Shown here one piece after another: positions 25,119 to 32,000 of a stretch of DNA of 32,000 nucleotides. This stretch comes from Methanothermobacter thermautotrophicus str. Delta H (GTDB lineage: Archaea; Methanobacteriota; Methanobacteria; Methanobacteriales; Methanothermobacteraceae): positions 60,001 to 92,000 of the forward strand of contig NC_000916.1 of assembly GCF_000008645.1 (NCBI RefSeq), given 5' to 3'. The notes under the pieces are model-generated. The model was given only the letters and a program-made list of their open reading frames with translations. It did not search any database and was not told the origin of the DNA. How positions within the stretch are numbered: the stretch's first letter is position 1; every line of letters starts with the position of its first letter. The position numbers were made by a program, and so were the translations under genes.

Positions 25119-25405
25119 ATGGATAAAAGACATATTTTAATGCTCCTTGCTGTTATAATAATCAGCGTGGCACCCCTGATAATCTACAGTGGCCATGGAG
25201 AGGATGATGGCTATTTTGGTGGTGCTGATGACAGTGCAGGTGATGCGATAACTGAGACCGGCTACAAACCATGGTTCCAGCCACTATGGGAGCCTCCAAG
25301 CGGTGAGATAGAGAGCCTCCTTTTCGCCTGCAGGCAGCAATAGGAGCCCTCATAATAGGCTACGTCTTCGGCTACTACAGGGGCAGGGGTGAATCATCAG
25401 AATAA
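25119..25405 (+). pseudogene. cbiN: CbiN small membrane component. Frame is broken at 25327-25328 as sequenced.
   Basis: Frame 1 gives MDKRHILMLLAVIIISVAPLIIYSG...WEPPSGEIESLLFA then CRQQ*. The adjacent frame continues LQAAIGALIIGYVFGYYRGRGESSE*, which is the expected second TM helix of CbiN. One extra C in gCCtg (25327-25328) restores a ~95-aa protein. Confidence 0.85.
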
Positions 25406-25438
25406 TCCTTTGAGGTACGATGGCATCAGGTGAGGATA

Positions 25439-26200
25439 ATGAACATCTCAGTTGACTACTATGCACATAACAACAGCCTGAGGGAAAGCAGCACGGGCTT
25501 CAAGATGTCCCTCTGCATAATTACAATGATAATATCAGTGATATCACCCACACCGCTAATCCCTGCCATCGTGGCGGTTTTAATGACCCTCACCATCCTC
25601 TTCGTGGCGGATATACCTGCATCATACTACCTGAGGTTTGCAGCGGTCCCTGCAGGTTTCGGGCTTTTAACCCTTGTCCTCATGACCCTCTTCTTCGGTG
25701 TGAACCCTGCAGCAACCATAATGGGGCTCAGGGTGTACAGTGATGGTCTTCAGACAGGCCTGCTTGTGTTCTCAAGGATCATGGGAGGATTCTCCTGCCT
25801 GGCATTCCTTGCCCTCACAACGCCGGTGAATGAGATATTCCATGAACTTGGAAGGCTCGGAGTGCCGCCAGCCCTAACCGAGATAGCCCTCCTCATGTAC
25901 AGGTCAATCTTTGTCTTCATTGAGGAGGCCTCGGTCATGTACCATGCCCAGGATACAAGGCTCGGATACAGCGGCCTCAGAAACTCCTACAGGTCCCTGG
26001 GCCTCCTTGCAGGCAACCTATTTATAAGATCATGGCTCAGGGGCGAGACCGTCTACCGTTCCATGGAGTCACGGTGCTACACAGGATCCATGCCATCACT
26101 GAGGAAGCAGTCCATGGGGTTCAGGGGCATGGCCATGATCATCCTCTTTGACGGTCTCCTTGTGACAGGTCTTCTTTTCACGTCAGGGGTCTGGTTATGA
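25439..26200 (+). CDS. cbiQ: ECF transporter transmembrane (T) component CbiQ
   Basis: Hydrophobic 253-aa ORF in the cbi context. Start at ATG 25439, directly after AGGTGAGGA. Confidence 0.9.
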   Translation: MNISVDYYAHNNSLRESSTGFKMSLCIITMIISVISPTPLIPAIVAVLMTLTILFVADIPASYYLRFAAVPAGFGLLTLVLMTLFFGVNPAATIMGLRVYSDGLQTGLLVFSRIMGGFSCLAFLALTTPVNEIFHELGRLGVPPALTEIALLMYRSIFVFIEEASVMYHAQDTRLGYSGLRNSYRSLGLLAGNLFIRSWLRGETVYRSMESRCYTGSMPSLRKQSMGFRGMAMIILFDGLLVTGLLFTSGVWL

Positions 26201-26232
26201 TCCTCTGAGATCTGCTGATATCCTCACATCGG

Positions 26233-26238
26233 TTTTTT
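26233..26238 (+). terminator. T6 run 33 nt after the cbiQ stop
   Basis: cggTTTTTTga lies inside an unusual 173-nt gap between cbiQ and cbiO. Confidence 0.3.
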
Positions 26239-26318
26239 GATTTCTGATACCTCCAGATGGTGGGCTATGAATTTATCCATTCATGATCTGTTTCATCGAT
26301 CCGATAGGATTAAGCAGA

Positions 26319-26328
26319 CTTAAATATA
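26319..26328 (+). promoter_or_regulatory. TATA-like box upstream of cbiO
   Basis: cTTAAATATAg lies ~46-55 nt upstream of ATG 26374. This spacing fits a TATA box, a transcription start ~25 nt downstream, and a short leader carrying GGTG. Confidence 0.35.
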
Positions 26329-26373
26329 GAATACACATTATTATCATAACGTTTAAGGGATCACGGTGTGAAC

Positions 26374-27680
<1,307 letters not shown>

Positions 27681-27703
27681 TGAAACAGAAGGAGGTTGAT
27701 TTC

Positions 27704-28288
27704 ATGGTTAAGGTTATTGGAATCTGTGGAAGTCCAAGAAAGAATGGTAACACCGAGATACTCCTCAGGGAGGCTCTTGATGCCGCTGAGGAGGCCGGTG
27801 CAGAGACTGAACTCGTGAGACTCGCAGGTCTTGATATAAATCCATGCAGGGCGTGTGACTCATGCAAGAAGACAGGTGAATGCGCCATCGAAGATGACCT
27901 CAACAGGGTGGTTGAACTGGCAGCATCCGCCCATGGAATAATAATAGGGAGTCCGGTCTACTTTGGTTCCGTGACAGCCCAGACCAAGATGTTCATGGAC
28001 AGGACAAGGCCTCTCCGTAGTGAATTCAGGCTGGCAAACAGGGTCGGCGGTGCTGTGACCGTGGGGGGGTCACGAAACGGTGGCCAGGAAACAGCCTGCA
28101 GGGACATTCACAGCTTCTTCCTTATACATGAGGCAGCTGTTGTGGGCAACGCCTCACCCACTGCACACTACGGAGGAACCGGTGTCGGCGGTGCAAAGGG
28201 CGAATCAGCCGATGACATGACAGGTATCGAAACAGCAAGGAACCTTGGAAGGAGGGTCGCCCTCCTTGCAGCAAGGATCCATGGCTGA
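27704..28288 (+). CDS. Iron-sulfur flavoprotein (Isf) / NADPH-dependent FMN reductase family
   Basis: ICGSPRKNGNTE flavodoxin-like start, the compact CRACDSCKKTGEC (CX2CX2CX5C) cluster motif, and GSPVYFGS. Start at ATG 27704 after AAGGAGG. Confidence 0.85.
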   Translation: MVKVIGICGSPRKNGNTEILLREALDAAEEAGAETELVRLAGLDINPCRACDSCKKTGECAIEDDLNRVVELAASAHGIIIGSPVYFGSVTAQTKMFMDRTRPLRSEFRLANRVGGAVTVGGSRNGGQETACRDIHSFFLIHEAAVVGNASPTAHYGGTGVGGAKGESADDMTGIETARNLGRRVALLAARIHG

Positions 28289-28313
28289 ATCCAGAACTAT
28301 CTGAGTGGAATTC

Positions 28314-29044
28314 ATGGCTGAACACAGGCAAGAGGACGTTGCGGTTGTTGTACCTGTATACAATGAGGAGAAGACCGTGGCGGGTGTCATAGAATCCCTC
28401 CTTGATAGGGGCTACAGGGTCATAGCCGTTGATGACGGCTCAAGGGATTCAACCCCTGAGATACTTGCAGGAATAGCATCTGAAAGGGATGGATTATCTG
28501 TTTACACCCACGTCATAAACAGGGGTCTCGGAACGGCCCTGAGGACTGGTCTGAGGGCGGCTGTGGATGAGGGGGCCTCCTGCATCGTCACCTTTGATGC
28601 GGATGGGCAGCATGACCCTGATGATATTGAGGGGGTCATCGAGCCCCTCCTGAAGGGGGAGGCCGATGTGGTGATAGGTAGCCGGGACTTCTCTGAGATG
28701 CCCCTTTCAAGGAGCCTCGGGAACACCCTAATGAACCTGCTGACCCTCCTGTTCTATGGTTGCAGGGTTTCAGATTCCCAGTCTGGTCTGAGGGCATTCA
28801 CAGCCAGGGCAGCATCAGTCATTGATATAAAGAGCAGAGGTTACGGTGTTTCATCCGAGATAATAGGTGAGATACACAGAAATGGTCTCAGGATGAGGGA
28901 GGTTACAATAAAGACGATATACACTCCCGAGACAATATCCAAGGGACCAGCACCTCAGTGGGTATAAGGATACTTCTGAGGCTGATCCTGAACATGCTTA
29001 GAAGGTTTAAACAGGAGATCAGCTGTGAGATCCAGTGTTGGTGA
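28314..29044 (+). pseudogene. Family-2 glycosyltransferase (polyprenyl-phosphate sugar synthase-like). Frame is broken near 28943-28945 as sequenced.
   Basis: VVVPVYNEE, VDDGSRD and FDADGQHDP (the DxD region) fit GT2. Frame 1 ends ...TIYTPETISKGPAPQWV*. The adjacent frame reads TSTSVGIRILLRLILNMLRRFKQEISCEIQCW* to 29044, which is the amphipathic C-terminal helix usual in this subfamily. One extra G in aaGGGac would join them. Confidence 0.78.
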
Positions 29045-29048
29045 GTTT

Positions 29049-29375
29049 ATGATATATCAGGTTATTGGAACTGTTATTGGAATTGCAGGTATAATTGTAT
29101 CCTTTGCGAGGTTCAGGGAGTCAAGGACGTCGCCGGGGGGTCTTCTTCTCTGGCTGATACTCTGGGTTTCGGTCATACTCTTCTCACTTAACCCCCCGTT
29201 CTCAACCAGGATCGCCAACCTTCTTGGCATCGGCAGGGGACTTGACTTTCTACTCATAATAGGCATACTCGGAGCCTATTACCTCCTTTTCAGGATATAC
29301 CTCATGGTCGACAGGATCCAGCAGGACATAACCGAGCTTGTCCATGAAATCGCCCTCAGGGAACATGATGATTGA
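29049..29375 (+). CDS. Small membrane protein, DUF2304-like, typically partnered with GT2
   Basis: MIYQVIGTVIGIAGIIVSFARFRE... with 3-4 TM segments and a C-terminal charged tail, in GT2/GT4 context. Confidence 0.72.
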   Translation: MIYQVIGTVIGIAGIIVSFARFRESRTSPGGLLLWLILWVSVILFSLNPPFSTRIANLLGIGRGLDFLLIIGILGAYYLLFRIYLMVDRIQQDITELVHEIALREHDD

Positions 29376-29392
29376 GGAAACAGGGGGTTCAT

Positions 29393-30526
29393 ATGAGGAT
29401 ATGCATCGTTACGGAGTACTTCCCTGGAGGCGAGGAGCTGAACATCCGGGGCGGTGCAGAGGCCTGTGCCTTCAACGAGGCCCTTAAACTGTCAGAGAAA
29501 CATGAGGTCACGGTACTGACATCAAGGACCCCTGAAAACCCTGAGAACTACAGATGCGGGAACATGGAGGTTATCTGCTGTGGCCCTGTGAGGTCCTATG
29601 TCCAGGCGGGTTCAATCACAGGGAGACTCTCCTTCATGTTATCAGCATACCGTGAGGGATTAAAACTTGACCCTGACGCGGTGATTGGCTACAACTTCAT
29701 AACACACCCCGTTGCCTGGATGATCGCAGGAAAAAGGAATGCTGCGGCACTGGCCCGCTACCATGACGTCTGGATCGGGGAGTGGGTGAGGAACATAGGG
29801 GTTTCAGGCATCCTCGGTGAGCTGCTTGAGAGGTACACACTCTCACGGAGATTCGACAGGATAGTGGCGGTATCTGAGTACACAGCAGGCAAGATCCTTG
29901 AGAGGTATCCCTGGCAGCAGGTCTCTGTTGTTCATAACATGGTCGACTTCAGGACACCTCCTGTCCGGAAAACCAGCACACCATCAATTGCATGTGTATC
30001 ACGCCTTGTTGAATACAAGAGGATCCAGGACCTCATAAGGGCGGTTTCGGTGATAAGGGAGAAGTTCCCTGATATAAGGTGCCGGATAATCGGCACAGGT
30101 CCCCTTGAGGAGCGTTTAAGGGGTCTTGCACGTGAACTTGCTGTTGAGGATAACGTTGAGTTCATGGGCTTCGTTGAGAAACACGCAGATGTACTGGAGG
30201 TTATAGCAGAGTCCTGGGTCTTCTGCCTTCCAAGCGTGGTTGAAGGCTTTGGAATAGTTGTTGTGGAGGCCATGGGCTGCGGGACACCCTTCGTGGCTGC
30301 CAGGATACCCCCTGTAATGGAGTCAAGCCAGGAGAAGGGAGGACTTTTCTTTGAACCCGGAAACTGGCGTGACCTTGCAGAGAAGCTTGAACTTTTGCTC
30401 TCCAGCGGAGAGCTCCATGAAAGGTTAAGCTCTGAGGCTGCAGATGTTTTCAGGGACTACAGTGCAGATTCCATAGGTAGAAAGCTGGAGAGAGTGCTGA
30501 CGGAGGTCACAGGCAGGGATGAATGA
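29393..30526 (+). CDS. Family-4 (GT-B) glycosyltransferase
   Basis: MRICIVTEYFPGG..GGAE at the N-terminus and FCLPSVVEGFGIVVVEAMGCGTPFVA (EX7E region). Confidence 0.88.
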   Translation: MRICIVTEYFPGGEELNIRGGAEACAFNEALKLSEKHEVTVLTSRTPENPENYRCGNMEVICCGPVRSYVQAGSITGRLSFMLSAYREGLKLDPDAVIGYNFITHPVAWMIAGKRNAAALARYHDVWIGEWVRNIGVSGILGELLERYTLSRRFDRIVAVSEYTAGKILERYPWQQVSVVHNMVDFRTPPVRKTSTPSIACVSRLVEYKRIQDLIRAVSVIREKFPDIRCRIIGTGPLEERLRGLARELAVEDNVEFMGFVEKHADVLEVIAESWVFCLPSVVEGFGIVVVEAMGCGTPFVAARIPPVMESSQEKGGLFFEPGNWRDLAEKLELLLSSGELHERLSSEAADVFRDYSADSIGRKLERVLTEVTGRDE

Positions 30527-30606
30527 TTCCCCCCATGGGTGTATTCGTGGTTCTTTTTCTCAGGGCTGCTGACAACTATTAATAGTCAGGGAACATAACT
30601 GATATT

Positions 30607-31289
30607 ATGGTTATCTACTTCAGAGGATGTCTTGCAAGGGAGAGACTGCACGGGATATCCAGGGCCACAGAGAAGATACTCAGAGCCGCAGGACTGGAAT
30701 ACAGAGTCCTTGATGAAGAGTCATGCTGTGGTTCGGTCCTTCTGAGGACAGGGTTCCTTGAAGAGGCAGAGATTCAGATAAGCAGGACAGGAAGCATGCT
30801 TGATGGGGAGGAGGTTGTTGTATCATGTGCTGGCTGCTACAGGACTCTCAGCAGGGATTACAGGGAGAGAGGTTATAATATAGCCGTTAAGCACATATCT
30901 CAGCTCATAGAGGAACTGATGGCAGAGGGTAGGATTGAATTTGAGAAAACAGACCTGAAGGTGACCTACCATGACCCCTGTCACCTCTCACGCCACAGCG
31001 ATGAAAGGGACACATCCAGGGCTATTCTGATGGAATTAACAGATTTCAGGGAAATGGAACATCATGGCAGGGACTCCAGATGCTGCGGTGCCGGAGGGGG
31101 CTGCGTTCAGCCCAACCTGATGTATCGTCTGCTGTGGCATCTTCACGGATACAAGAGGCTGCAAGGACCGGGGCAGACATCCTGTGCACCTCCTGTCCAT
31201 TCTGCAGCCTCAACCTCGGAGCAAGATCCATGAGGGTCATGGACATTACAGATGCTCCTATCGGAACTTATCAGGAGGAGAAACGTTGA
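30607..31289 (+). pseudogene. LutA/GlpC-like (Fe-S) oxidoreductase with two CCG domains. Frame is broken at the G5 run 31096-31100 as sequenced.
   Basis: First CCG domain: FRGC...SCCGSVL...SCAGCY. Second: HDPCHL...RCCGAGGG, after which the frame decays. The adjacent frame gives LRSAQPDVSSAVASSRIQEAARTGADILCTSCPFCSLNLG... to 31289. One extra G in the run restores a ~227-aa protein. Confidence 0.8.
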
Positions 31290-32000
31290 ATGACAGTGAA
31301 ATCCGCCAGTATGAGGATTTCTTCAGCGAAATCAATGAAAGACGCCTTGAACTTCTGGATAGGCCAGAGGTGGCTGAACTGGCAGACAGGGTCAGGACGA
31401 TACGTGAATCATCCATTGAGAACCTCAACGAACTCATAGCAGGGGCATCTGAACGCTTCACGGAAAACGGCGTCGAGTTCCATCTTGCAGCTGACGCTGA
31501 TGATGCCTGCAGGATAATATATGAGAGCCTCGAAGGTGACACCATTGCAAAGTCAAAGTCCAACACCCTCTCCGAGATAGGGCTCGCAGATTACCTCAGG
31601 AGGAGGGGGGTGGAGGTAATTGAGACGGACCTGGGGGACCGTATACTCCAGCTTGCAGGTATAGGAAAACCTGCGCACCCTGTTGGACCGGCTCTCCACC
31701 TGGGTGTATCTGAAATAGCGGCCATAGTAAGGGATAAACTCGAAGCTGACATCAGGGATGATCCCCATGAGATAATGGAGGCGGTGAGATCCGATATACT
31801 GCAGTCCATAGCTGAATGCAGTGCAGGGATAACCGGTGCCAATTCTGTGGCAGCCTCTGATGGATCAGCTGTTATAGTCCATAACGAGGGAAACGTGGCC
31901 AGGCTCTCACTCATGGACACACACATCATGGTCTTTGGTGTGGATAAACTGGTCCCTCAGATCGAGGATGCTGTATCGGTGGTTAAACTGGAGACCGCCT
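31286..32000 (+). CDS. LutB-like LUD-domain iron-sulfur protein, 5' part (continues beyond the window)
   Basis: Not in the ORF track because it is open at the window edge. My translation: (TTG)NDSEIRQYEDFF...AKSKSNTLSEIGLADYLRRRGVEVIETDLGDRILQL...HPVGPALHL...AGITGANSVAASDGSAVIVHNEGNVARL...HIMVFGVDKLVP, which carries LutB landmarks. AGGAGGAG RBS 5 nt upstream. The TTG overlaps the upstream TGA (cgTTGAat). Confidence 0.8.
   Translation, partial: MNDSEIRQYEDFFSEINERRLELLDRPEVAELADRVRTIRESSIENLNELIAGASERFTENGVEFHLAADADDACRIIYESLEGDTIAKSKSNTLSEIGLADYLRRRGVEVIETDLGDRILQLAGIGKPAHPVGPALHLGVSEIAAIVRDKLEADIRDDPHEIMEAVRSDILQSIAECSAGITGANSVAASDGSAVIVHNEGNVARLSLMDTHIMVFGVDKLVPQIEDAVSVVKLETA

Overview
Gene-dense archaeal chromosomal segment of about 45 genes on both strands, with short gaps, GGTGA/GGAGG-type ribosome-binding sites (RBS), AT-rich TATA-like promoters and oligo-T terminators. 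The AqpM aquaporin, the archaeal-type riboflavin synthase and an OMP decarboxylase that matches my memory of the Methanothermobacter thermautotrophicus enzyme point to a Methanothermobacter genome. This is recollection, not a search result. Left to right the window holds:
- a secreted C39-like peptidase (frame broken)
- a DUF2769-like Cys-rich protein
- a 3-gene unit ending in aqpM
- an MFS transporter
- a glutamate-synthase-like GXGXG + polyferredoxin/FMN pair
- a wHTH regulator
- an AT-rich islet of orphan genes
- a secreted Zn-phospholipase-C-like protein
- a VIT1-like transporter
- a radical-SAM/SPASM gene (frame broken) preceded by two 50-codon Cys4 mini-ORFs
- SOUL and SagB-type nitroreductase genes
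- a secreted pseudomurein-binding-repeat protein
- hisG, a nitroreductase and a NUDIX gene
- a HisKA_2 kinase with a CarH-like B12-binding protein
- an HTH-CBS regulator, deoxyhypusine synthase and pyrF
- cbiM, cbiN (frame broken), cbiQ and cbiO
- ribC and an Isf-like flavoprotein
- a GT2 (frame broken) / DUF2304 / GT4 glycosylation trio
- LutA-like (frame broken) and LutB-like genes

I recognised no rRNA, tRNA, CRISPR array, transposase or integrase. The main second-look items are:
1. the B12-sensor/kinase pair
2. the mini-ORF + radical-SAM/SPASM operon
3. a roughly 35-40-nt TATA-containing element present in four copies at two intergenic loci
4. the unknown-function partners of aqpM
5. five (possibly six) genes that each need exactly one extra base at a G/C run, which looks like systematic homopolymer under-calling rather than biology
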